The notes under the pieces: model-generated
What the model was told of the DNA's origin: nothing
The model's input: only the letters and a program-made list of their open reading frames with translations
Database searches by the model: none
Shown here: piece after piece, positions 39,337 through 51,200 of the stretch
Numbering within the stretch: position 1 is the first letter of the stretch
Layout: every line of letters begins with the position of its first letter
Source: Owenia fusiformis
Taxonomy: Eukaryota
Direction of reading: 5' to 3'
DNA length: 64,000 nucleotides
Assembly (NCBI GenBank): GCA_903813345.2
Contig: CAIIXF020000001.1
Coordinates: 23,374,001-23,438,000, forward strand
Translations under genes and position numbers: made by a program

Positions 39337-41076
39337 AATTCAAGTCCACCGTTGCAAGTGTTTAGAAGAGAATGGTTTGGATTACCTCAAACGGTAGCGA
39401 CGTTGCCGATAGAGCATATTCCAGACACTACATTTACGCAAATCCAGGATCGATCTGCGAAATATTCAGGAACCCAACAATCGATGGATTCGGAGAATGA
39501 GATAAAAATTAGAACCTGACTCGCGAAGGCGTCGTATTTTTACTTGGTAAGCGGCCATGCACACTTTATTCATTTTTTCAGTATCAATTCACCTTTTACA
39601 GCCCTCAATGAGATACTATTATTGAAAGAAGATATTAAATATGTTTCTATTGTTTGTGAACTAGGCGAATGGGTACCGTAGCCACGAGGTTGCGAGTAGC
39701 CTGAGTGCCAGAGCTTATTATATAAGGCTGATAGAACTATTGAAAAGGGTATGAATCGTTAACCATGAGGTCTGGGGGTAAGAGCTTGGAACGTGAAGGA
39801 AGATATCATTTAGTCTGATGGGTAAGAGCCTAGTGGATTACGTAATTGTATAGAAAGGGTATGAACCATTTATCGTGCTTGAACATTGGGAATACGAAGT
39901 TATTGCTTACGTGTATGAATCAGTGAGTTCCAACTATATAACCAAAAAATTAAATGAATATATAGAAAAACATCTACCAAAAATACGAAAATAAACCAAA
40001 AATCAAATATTCTATAACAATATATTTAAACAGTAACACATCAACTTCATCTTCAACTGCATCTTCATTTGAAAATATTAGGTGCATAATATTTTGAATG
40101 ACCCCTATGTCAATTCCAATAACTTGATCACGAATATTAAAGATACGTTCATGAAATTTCACCTGTGTGCAAAATTGCACCCGATGTTTTACTGTAGCAC
40201 AAACATTATAGCAGGATTTAATACGGGTCCGCCATGGAGCGCTTGTACTCGTATCTTGATTTAAATTCTTCCAAACACATTAATTTAAAACAAGACATTA
40301 ACATGAAAAAATGTCACTATCTAGTTGCTCACAATATCATGAGTTCAATCTTAGTAAAATTTGAACATTTAATTTGATTTTTTAAAAAAAAATTGTTCAA
40401 TTCGAGGCAAGTTGAAAAAAGTTAGATTTGAACTCTGAGAACTTGTAAATGATTTTGAAAAAATCTGAAGTATTTGTTAAGTTATTGGAAGTTGAAAGAA
40501 TATGTTACAGACGCCAACCACCAACCGCCGTCACAAAACAAACAGACCACAAAAATACTGAATACCCTCTTTAGCTATCCTCAAATAAAATATAGTTTGG
40601 GTGGAAGATATAAGACATGACAAAGAATGACGAGCCTAAATTTTGGAATTCAAAAATTTTTGTTCAAGTTAGGTTGCTCGCTAGATCGGATACTATCTTT
40701 AAAGTAGTACATAATGCCTGAACTCTAATATCATTGGCATTTTATATTCTTTTAAAAACATGTAGAATTATTTGCTATTTATAACCACTACATAAAAAGT
40801 ATGTAAAACATGCTTATTTTCAAAATGTAAACATATTCCATCTAATATTTCAATTGCAGTTTTATTGCTGCAGATGAAATTCGAAATATCTAGTAATAAG
40901 AGTAAAAATCATAATAACAATTTAATAATTTGTCCCAGATCATTACAAAACCAAAAGCAATGCAAAATATGCGACAAATCGTCTTGTATTCATCTTACCC
41001 ATATCAATAAGTAAAGAAATGAAAAACACATTATGCATTATTTATTTGAACGCATCAATTTATCATCATAATTTTA

Positions 41077-41084
41077 TATAAAAA
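41077..41084 (+). promoter_or_regulatory. TATA box of secreted-protein gene A
   Basis: TATAAAAA about 70 nt upstream of ACC-ATG at 41149. Confidence 0.6.
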
Positions 41085-41148
41085 CCCACGAGTGTCCACA
41101 TCGAAATATTCTCACCATTGACGAGAGCACAAACGCCTAACGACAACC

Positions 41149-44100
41149 ATGAAGACAACTCTGACTTTGACATGCGCAGTTTTGCTCTTCAGTATCTGCC
41201 AGGGAGGTGTTCGTCGCGAAGCTGCTGGTGAGTTTTACAATAGTTAAATAAAAGAGATCTGATTATTAGTCCCGAGCCCGACAAATGTTTTTCACAGATC
41301 GGGATATGATGAATCGAAGATACACTGTCACGTAATTTTATAGGGCTCGCGGGATAGTCACGAAGTCAAACACCTGTATCTTCGATTCATCATATCCCGA
41401 TCTGTGAAAAACATTTGTCGGGCTCGGGACTAATAATCAGATCTAAATAAAAGTAGCGTGCTTTGAATACAACTTTAAAAATAATATAGATGTTAGAAAT
41501 TGTGTCTTCTTGAATCTAGAATATAGGAATTAAGGACAAATGTTTTTATCATCTTAATTTCCTCTATACACTTTATTGTACAATCTAATCTCTTGTCACA
41601 TTATAAATTGACATAGCAAATAATGTCCCAAATTAAAGTTTAGCTTGTTACAATATCTTGTGTTTGTAAATGGGTCTACCATGCTTTTACTGCTAGAGAA
41701 TTTGTCTTAAGATTGCCTCCCATATTTTTCATAGGCCTCTAACTTGTTTTTCAGCAATATTTCTGTTAATTGCTTCATGTAGTTATTAAGTACTTTCCAG
41801 TCAAGTTTGGAGATATGTGTCAAATACTGTAGCAAATTCATATTCATTCATAGGCGTAGCCAGGAGGGGGTGCGAGGGTCCGATCGCACCCCCCCCCCAT
41901 AGCAAATAAAATAGGTACATTAGATAGAAGAAGAAAAGAGCTTTAAAATGCTTTTTATTTGAAGTTTCTAGCCAATTTTGAAGGAAGTTGCATCAATTTT
42001 TGTAAAATTCAAAACAAATCTTCAATTTTTGGGGTTTCTTATACCACGATTGCACCTCCCTGACTGAAAACGGATATTTTGGCGATCGCACCCCCCCCCC
42101 CTCACTGAAAGCTGGCTACGCCCCTGTCATTGGAGTTTTATAGTTTAATGCAGAAGTAAAAATGAAGATGCTTGATTTTGATTCTAACATTAATATTAAA
42201 CCTTTGCCACGGGGCAGGCAAAGAAGATTATCAAAATTGTATTTTTAAAACATGTGAAAATTGTATTTTAAAAATAGATTATATGATTTAGGCTTTTGTT
42301 TTTGAACATTTTTATTATTTTCAAAGCTGGATTTGAATCGTGTGAAAAGAAAATCATGCTAGAAGTTGAGAAGGGATGGGTGGCTCAATTTAAAAGTCAA
42401 GCCATGAATGATTTCTGTGGAATGAAACAGGTATGTAGACCATTAAATTGTTTTCATTTTCTACTGATTTATCTTATATCTGAATAGAGCTGAAGTTACA
42501 TACTGTTTAACAATGATTTAAAATCTACACTATACTCAGGCTTGATGAATTTTAAATGAAATCGTCAGTCATTCTGAACAACTCCAACACAACATAAAAT
42601 AAAAATGGCTATACAAGTGCCGATCAAAAAGTTTTTTACCGTTGGCTCTAGATTTTATAATAAGAGGAGTTGGCTGCTCAAACTTGAGCACGAGACAGAG
42701 CAGATAGTTTGCTTGAACTTGTATGAGTTTCATACAAATTGGGTTATTGGTAGTGATTGACTAGATTTCAAGAAGCTGCACATAGAATACTCTGTAAAGT
42801 TCTCCACTAAATGGAATATGCTATTATAACAGTAGCAGACATAGACTGGTGCATGTAACTTATAGATAAACTTACCGCCATTTCAAACTTTCCCAAAGTC
42901 GCCATTATGTACCTTAACCTCGTTGCAGCCTCGTTTTGGATAGATATGCTTGGCTAAACCGCGTCACCTCTGTCCATACTGGTTATCAGTACACAGATGA
43001 TGACATGTTGTTATAGTCTCCAACTTTTTGTGGGTGGTGTTTGGTGATCGGCGTTCGTAACAAATGGCAGGTGGTGGTGGCAATATTCATGTTAATTATG
43101 CCTTGTCTAGATGTTGGATCGTTATCATTTTTTAAAATATATGTTTCAATACTATAAGTTGCTTCGTTTTGACTTTCTTGTTTAATAACACCTTAATGAA
43201 TTTACCATCTAAATTGAAATTGATCCAGGCCGAAGTTAATGGTGGGAGCGATGCCCTCGCCTCTTGCGGTAATGATATTTCTGCAGACTTGATACAGAAC
43301 GAGCTGATACACTGGGGAATTGTATTGAAAGAAAAGGAACAGGAATGTCCCGGTCTGAATGTGGATGAGAAAATCTTTAAATATCTGACACCAAGTAAGA
43401 CTTTATTTTCAACTACACCTACCCTGCGCGCAGAAGCTAGTTATAAACTGCAGAAGAAGCTCTCTTTTAAGAAGTGAAGCCAAACGAATGCAAAGGGTAA
43501 ATTAAAACTACACCTTAACTAATTCAATTTGAGGCTGCGAGTTTGATTCAACTGTATTCCATCAACCACTTGTCTACTAGGTCAAACCACGGATATACGA
43601 ACTTTAAATTTATAATATTACTACGTCCGGTGGATTCATTCTATGAATTTGTGAGATAACTATAATCACAGGCTGGTATCGAAATATTTGTCCGCTGTGA
43701 CGGAGCATGCTATTTTTCATAAAAACACTAAGAATACTTCACGATTTATTTTTTAACTCATATATTTCGTTATACCATGCAAAATTACTTACTCCATGCA
43801 ATGGATATATCATTTGCGGGTAACTTTCACTTCTGTTTGAAGTCCAATTACGCTGGGAAGAAAAGCTATTGAAAATGGCGCCGGAGTATCATACTTCAAA
43901 ATGTACCATTTCTTGTTTAACTTTCTAATAGCACGATATAGTGACACGATAATATTTACACATGGTTTCAGCATAACTATGAAGGTATAAATGAGATGTT
44001 GATGTATTTGGTCTTTTTAATTCTTTTATAAAAAATAATGTTTGATTTTTTTGTCCGCTGTGACGGAGCAGTTGCAAATGTGAACTTTGAAAATGCTCCG

Positions 44101-45591
44101 TCACAGCGGACAAAAAATATTAATACTATTTTTTATTAAAAAAATTAAAAAGACCCAATGCATTAATATCTCATTAATACATTCAGAGTTATGCTTAAAA
44201 CATATGTTAATATTATCGTGTCACTATATCATGCCATTAAAAAGTTAAAAAAGAAATGCTACATTTTAGAGTTTGATACTCTGGCGTCGTTTTCAATAGA
44301 TTTTACTCCTAGCGTTATTGGACTTCAAACAGAAGTGAAGGTTACACGCAAATGATATATCCATTGCATGGAGTAAGTAATTATCTTTGATATAACGAAA
44401 CATATGAGTTAAAAAATAAATCGTGAAGCATTCTTAGTGTTTTTATGAAAAATAGCATGCTCCGTCACAGCGGACAAATCTTTCGATACCAGCCTGTGAT
44501 AATGTAAATAACATACGAAAAGGCTTAGACGTCGTTCAAAAGAGAACCTCCAGTATTAAATTAAGAGGGACACCGGTTGTGCCTTGGTCACATTTGCTCC
44601 GATTTTCACTACGGCGCCCGGCCGATTGAGTATTATGTTCAAAATTGAATACGATATTGAACAAAACACTCAATCGGCCGGGCGCCGGCCGATGGATCGG
44701 AGCAAATGTGACCAATGCATTAGAGCAAGAGGTAAATATTCTATATTCATTTCAGATAGTGTTAATAAGGTGAATGAAATGATGCAGGCGATGGATGGTA
44801 AGAAAACTCACTTATGACAATGCTTATCATAAATAAAGGTTCTAAAATAGATATTGTGAACGGTGGAGTTGTTGAACATATAGATGGGGCATGTGTCTCA
44901 ATCACTTGTGATTTTGAAGAGAATTATATTAAATGACTTTCGCTTGATAATTTAATGTACAAAAGTAGATCCCCGAGATGCGCTAATATATTTTTTATAT
45001 TATCTGGTAGTAATGATTGTAATACAAATAATAATGATGATTATATTGTTTCGGGTTGTAGCTCTCTCTCCAGCTGAACGTACTTGCAGCAGGGAAGCTG
45101 AGAAAAAACTAGAGATTGCAGCAAATAGTCGTGTAGCTGAGATCCTCGCTGATAGTAACTCAGAAGTCACGGATATATGTGATGAATTTATCAACCAGTG
45201 GGAAATCAGTATGACATTTTTATTTCGAAAACAATGAACTTATTGCGAGCATAATTCAAAACCCAAATGTAACTTCTCAATCAACAAATAATTGATTTCT
45301 GAATCACTTATAATTTCAGTTCGAAGAAATGGGTTGATTTAGGAAGTGTATTGAATTAAAGTTTTATATTCCGATACGAAATTATTCATCTCGACATTTC
45401 TCAAAAAATATTCTCCAAAATATTTTTATATTTCAGACACGATCCCAGAACTAGAAAAAGCCTGCAACGCACCTTCAGCGGCTATGCGTACGATTGCGCT
45501 AGAATTGCCGAAAACTATCAAGGCCATATTTAGTCCATTGAAGGGCACCACCGCATGTGACGCAAATGCCACAAGGGCAAAGATACAATAA
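41149..45591 (+). CDS. Secreted cysteine-containing protein, paralog A, about 230 aa; exons 41149-41227, 42327-42430, 43229-43394, 44756-44797, 45062 (or 45074)-45208, 45437-45591
   Basis: All GT-AG introns with consistent phases (1,0,1,1,1) and no internal stop. Signal peptide MKTTLTLTCAVLLFSICQG; 8 Cys in the mature part; AATAAA at 45638; exons 2 and 3 are conserved in paralog B. Confidence 0.85.
41255..41444. mobile_element. 190-bp MITE with perfect 70-bp TIRs and 9-bp TSD (MULE-like TSD length)
   Basis: 41255-41324 is the exact reverse complement of 41375-41444; TSD AAATAAAAG at 41246-41254 and 41445-41453. Confidence 0.92.
41849..42126. mobile_element. MITE of the CAGGGGCG family with 5-bp TSD
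   Basis: Ends CATAGGCGTAGCCAG and CTGGCTACGCCCCTG; TSD TCATT at 41844-41848 and 42127-42131. Paralog B shows the empty site ATTCATTGGAG at about 47573. Confidence 0.88.
42162..42217 (+). pseudogene. Disabled ancestral signal-peptide exon of gene A
   Basis: Aligns with B exon 1 (47607-47664) but is 2 nt shorter (frameshift after ATGAAGATGCTTG), and its donor is GCAAAG instead of GTAAAG. Confidence 0.75.
43667..44498. mobile_element. 832-bp fold-back element with CAC..GTG ends and 5-bp TSD (Transib-like signature)
   Basis: CACAGGCTGGTATCGAAA and TTTCGATACCAGCCTGTG; arms of about 405 bp pair almost to the centre (about 44082); TSD ATAAT at 43662-43666 and 44499-44503. Confidence 0.88.
44584..44715. 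mobile_element. Short palindromic MITE (PIF/Harbinger-like ends)
   Basis: TTGGTCACATTTGCTCCGAT and ATCGGAGCAAATGTGACCAA, plus inner CGGCGCCCGGCCGATTGAGT and ACTCAATCGGCCGGGCGCCG. Confidence 0.75.
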
Positions 45592-48249
45592 TTGCAAGCG
45601 AACTGGACACAGTCGATTAATACTGTATGAATAGCGAAATAAAAGCAAATAATAAAAATAAATTATGTTGTATATGATATAGTAGTTATTTTCAGCATTT
45701 CACGACTTGATTGTGTATTGACCTCAACCTGCAGTTTCAGTCAACAATAAAATAAGTTACAGTAACAGTTAAAGGGTTCCGATTAGCATCCCGTATAAAA
45801 ACAATATGGCGGCTCCAGGCGAATCAACTGGATCAGTCAATTTTTAAGAAATAAGGGGAGTTCTGTAAAATCCAGTTTATTGAAATTGTCTTTGAGATAA
45901 AGTAATCCGTTTATAATGATTTTGAAAACGTTATCCAAAGAGTGATTGCGTTCAAAGAATACATGTACAACAGCCAATATAAATCCTTGTTTTAGAAACC
46001 GGTTTGTCTTGCTTTGTTTCATTTGTAGGATATTTCATATGCCAAGCTGTGTGCTATTACGTTATGGGGAAATTTAGATGCCAATTTTTCCTTATTATAC
46101 ACAAATAGAAGATCCTGAAACTTCACCCATAAATGTGGAATTGATTTGTCAAAATAAAAATCACCCTTTTATAAATGTGTGACGATCTATAATATACTTA
46201 TGCTATATATTAAACAGTTAGAATTGTTCACACAACGAGCTCGAACCTGTGAACCCTTGAGTATTATTCCGGGATCGGGCCTTTTATACTAAACGGTGAG
46301 CAACACCAGAAACGAGCGTTCGATTTGCTAAACGATATGCGTCACCCTTTAAGTAAGCAGTTCACTCTGTCAACATCTGGATCTGTCAATGATTGCATAA
46401 CAAATGAAAAGTGAAAAGCGTTTGCAAAAAACACTGCAATGCTGCTATGTAAGTCCAAGTTATTTGGGCATTTTCTCCTCTCCGGAGTTCCTGGATCAAT
46501 CTGTGAACATCAAAATATTTGTTTGGGTAAGGTCAATGAATGCCACAGTTCTAGGATAAAATACCCGCGTGCGCGTCTTACCTGTCTAAAACGAAAAAGA
46601 TATGGAAATCCTCGAAGATGTTATAAAAATTAAGCGGGCAACTTTTGACTTAGGGATAGAAAACATGATTTCTCATGATCATCTTAGACAACAGCTCCAG
46701 TAGTGTGATGAAACCAATTTGAAGTCCTGTTGAGGTATTAAAGGTCACAAAACGAAAGACCCTGATTTCCTGAATCCATCTAGAAGTATTTTTAATTTGC
46801 CTGCATAATATTTGATATCATTATTATAAAGGTTCAATAGCTTTAACCGTGATATATGTTCAAGTCGATCATCAAATAATAATATGTATACGTTTGACAC
46901 ATTCAACAGACTTGGACACGAGGTTTAATTGAAATAAGATTTAGTTAAAATCACATTTTAACTAAATTTAACCAGGACAAGCGAACTAAAATCCAAATAG
47001 ATGACGTCTATCCAATATTTAAACTATTGTCTAATTATACCAATTTTTAATCTCATATGCTGTTTTCAATATGTGAATTTCTTATTAATTATAAATAAGA
47101 ACAATATGGTTCTACCAGAAAGCACATATAATGAAACTTGCAAAATGTTAAATTAAGGTGCACGCGCTTATTAAAATTCCAATGTAAAAGTCAATGTAAG
47201 AAGTGGATGAAAGTAAAATAAAGTAATTTCTTCTCAACTACTGCAAATAACAAGTCTCTATCGATTGAAAGAGCGGGAAGCCTTTGAAATATCATTGAAA
47301 ATGTATTTGAAGGTACATTTGAACGGTGTGTAAATTAAATATACTGGTCTGACTTTACACCATTGCAATATCATGCGTATGCCCGTAGAAATATTTCGAT
47401 TCACATGAATGTTAATACTTTGTTTTGCTTTCAATAACATGAATATACTTCATATATTTTGTGACAAACTGCGGGTTTTTAATAAAATCTATTAAGAATA
47501 TTACACTTTAATATAACAATATTATATATATACGATTTCAATTCGATTTCAATACGTGTCCAACAGTTTCACATTCATTGGAGGAGATTATTGTCCAGGT
47601 GCGAAAATGAAGATGCTCGCTATTTTGACTTTAACATTGGTATTACACCTTTGTTATGGGGCAGGTAAAGAACACTATTTTAAAACTGTATAATTATCAT
47701 AAAATATACGTCAGATTAAAAATTAGATTGTATAATTAAAAGTTTCATTTACCAATATGTATTATTATTAGACTCCAGATTGAAAATCTGGAGTCTATTG
47801 CTTTTGCCAGTTTTCTTATTATTAGACTCCAGATTTCATCTGGAGTCTATTGCTTTTGCCAGTTTTCTTATTATTATTAGACTCCAGATGAAAATCTGGA
47901 GTCTATTGCTTTTGCCAGTTTTCTTATTATTAGACTCCAGATTGAAAATCTGGAGTCTATTGCTTTTGCCAGTTTTCTTATTATTCTTTCTTTCCGCGTT
48001 TTCTCAGCAACTAGAGGGACTTTCTGAAATCTGCTTACATAGTTAGAAAGGTAATGAGACCTAGTTTCCCGGAAATTAGGTCAAATTTTTATCTAGGTCA
48101 AAGGTCAAAATCTAGGTCAAATTATCATTTTGTGAATTATCTTTGTCATTTTTCAATATTTTTCAAATTTTTTTTTTAACGTGTAGCCAAGAAAAAGACG
48201 ATTCGACAGTGAGTTATCAGTTTTTTGATTACTTCTACCGATTTTGAGA

Positions 48250-51200
48250 TATTGCGTCCGGAAAGTAGGTCAAACGAAAAAGTTCTCCAAATTCAACGTA
48301 TGAGTCATGAAATAAGTGTAAAATTTCCTCAGGAATCCAAATCTGCAAACCAAATTTTGATCCGACTTCCGGTTCGGAAGCTATAGCGTTTTGAAATCGC
48401 TAAATTTGGTGCCCATGTTAAGCCAATGGGAAAAAAGACTTTTTCGAAGTGTAAAATACAAGATATAGACTGAGCACAGCTTAACATAATGAATGCCTAT
48501 AAAAGAAGGGGACCTCAAAAGCTACCTAGCTTCAAAATTTGGACACCAAAATGCCTAGGTCAAAATCTAGGTCAAATTCATAGTTTTTCCTTATTTTTAC
48601 GATTCTGACACTACACTTTAATAATTTGCTTCAAAATTTTGTATACAGGTAGCAAAGAGTGTACTAATAGTGTTAGCCTTTTGCCGTCAGAAAGTATTTT
48701 GACCCACTTTTGAGATATGGTGTCCGAAAAGTAGGTCAAAATAAAAATTTCTCATAATTTAACATATGAGCTATGAGTTAAGGGTAGAATTTTCTCAGGA
48801 ATCCGAATCTGCAAACCAAATTTCAATCCGACTTTTCGTTGGGAAGTTATGGCGTTTTGAAAGCTCAAAAATCGCTAATTTTGGTGCCCCATGTTATGTC
48901 AATGAGAAAAAAGATTTTTTTGAAGTGTAAAATACCAGATAAGGACTGAGTACAGCTTAAGATTCTGAAAGTCTATAAAAGAAGGGGACCTGGAAGGCTA
49001 TCTAGCTTTAAAATTTGGACACCAAAATCCCTAGGTCAAAATCTAGGTCAAATACATAGTTTTTCCTTATTTTTGCGATTCTGGCACTACACTTTTAGGA
49101 TTTGCTTCAAAATTTTGTATACAGGTAGCAAAGAGTGGGCTAATAGTGTTAGCCTTTTGCCGTCAGAGAGTATTTTGACCCACTTTTGAGATATGGTGTC
49201 CGAAAAGTAGGTCAAAATAAAAAATTCTCCAAATTTTACATATGAGTTATGAATTAAGGGTAGAATTTTCTCAGGAGTCCGAATCTTTAAACCAAATTTC
49301 AATCTAACTTCTGGTTAGATAGTTATAGCGGTTTGAAGTCTCGAAAAGTCGATATGATGATATCCCCATGTTAAGCCAATGGAGTCGAAGATAAAAAATT
49401 GAGAGTTGTCTAAATGTCTAAATTCTAGCTGACTCGATCAGCTTATTCTGGATGACTCAGCTTACAAGTATTCTGGATGACTCAGCTTAAAAAAAAGTAT
49501 TAAATCTGGAGTCTTAAATTGAACTTGTTCAATTTACATGTCTAGTTATTATTCATTCTTTCTTTCTTTCTTTCTTTCCGAACACTTTTTCTCAGCAACT
49601 AGAAGAACTTACTTTAACCTACTTACATGGCTAACATAGCCCATCAACCTAGTTTCTGGGAAATTAGGTCAAATTTTCATCTAGGTCAAAGGTCAAGAAC
49701 TAGGTCAAATTTAGGTAAAATTAACATTCTGTCAATTATCTTCGTTGTTACTTGTGGTAACTCCTTCATCTTTTTTTCAACATGTAGCTTAGAAAAAAAC
49801 AAATCGAGAGTGTGCCATCCGTTTTTTGATAACTCTTAGCGATTTTGAGATATGGCGTCCGGAAAGTAGGTCAAACTAAAAAAGTTCTCCAAATTTAGCA
49901 TATGAGCTATGAAATAAGGGTAGAATTTTCTCAGGAATCCGAATCTGCAAACCAAATTTCGATCCGACCTCCCGTTCGGAAGAAATGGCGATTTGAAAGC
50001 TCAAAAATCGCTAAATTTGGTGCCCCATGTTAAGTCAATGGGAAAAAAGACTTTTTTTAATTGTAAAATATGAGATATAGACAGAGTGCAGCTTAACATA
50101 ATGAATTCCTATAAAGGAAGGGTACCCAAAAGCTACCTAGCTTCAAAATTTGGACACCAAAATCCCAAGGTCAAAATCTAGGTCAAATTGATAGTTTTTC
50201 CTAATTTTTACGATTCTGACACTACACTTAAATGATTTGCTTCTAAATTTTGTATACAGGTAGCAAAGAGTGTGCTAATAATGTTAGCCTTTTGCCGTCA
50301 GAAAGTATTTTGACCCACTTTTGAGATATGGTGTCCGAAATGTAGGTCAAAATAAAAAGTTCTCCAAATTTAACATATGAGCTATGAAATAAGGGTAGAA
50401 TTTTCTCAGGAATCCGAATCTGCAAACCAAATTTTGATTCGACTTCCAGGTCGGAAGTTATGGCATTTTGAAAGCTCAGAAATTGCTAAATTTGGCCCCA
50501 TGTTATGTCAATAGGGAAAAATATAATTTTGAAGTGTAAAATACCAGGTATAGACTGAGTACAGCTCAACATAATGAAAGTCTATAAAAGAAGGGGACCT
50601 CAAAGGCTACCTAGTTTCAAAATGTGGACACCAAAATGCCAAGGTCAAAATCTAGGTCAAATTCATAGCTTTTCCTTATTTTTGCGATTCTGACATTACA
50701 CTTTAATAATTTGCTTCAAAATTTTGTATACATGTAACAAAGAGTGTGCTAATAGTGTTAGCCTTTTGCCGTCAGAAAGTATTTTGACCCACTTTTGAGA
50801 TATGGTGTCCGAAAAGTAGGTCAAAATAAAAAGTTCTCCAAATTTAATTTATGAGTTATGAATTAAGGGTAGAATTTTCTAAGGAATCCAAATCTGCAAA
50901 TAAACTTTCAATCCGACTCCCAGTTTAGATTCTATGCCATTTTAAAATTCACATTTGTTTAAAATTCACATTTGCCAGTATCCACAATGCAGATCCATCA
51001 AATATACTTTCAACAATTCCTACTTACTTACTTACCTACATACCTACTCGGCTACCTACTTAGCTACCTACTAAGCTACCTACTCAGCTACTTACTCAGC
51101 TACCTACTTAGCTACCTACTCAGCTACTTACTCAATTACTTAATCATCTACATACTCAGCGTCCTACTCAGCTCTTTACTCAAGTAAATCAATCTGGAGT

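Noticed and set aside
47761-47990. Regularly spaced palindromic repeats resembling a CRISPR array
   Set aside because: The spacers are identical rather than unique, there are no cas genes, the context is eukaryotic, and the units match HINE 5' ends.
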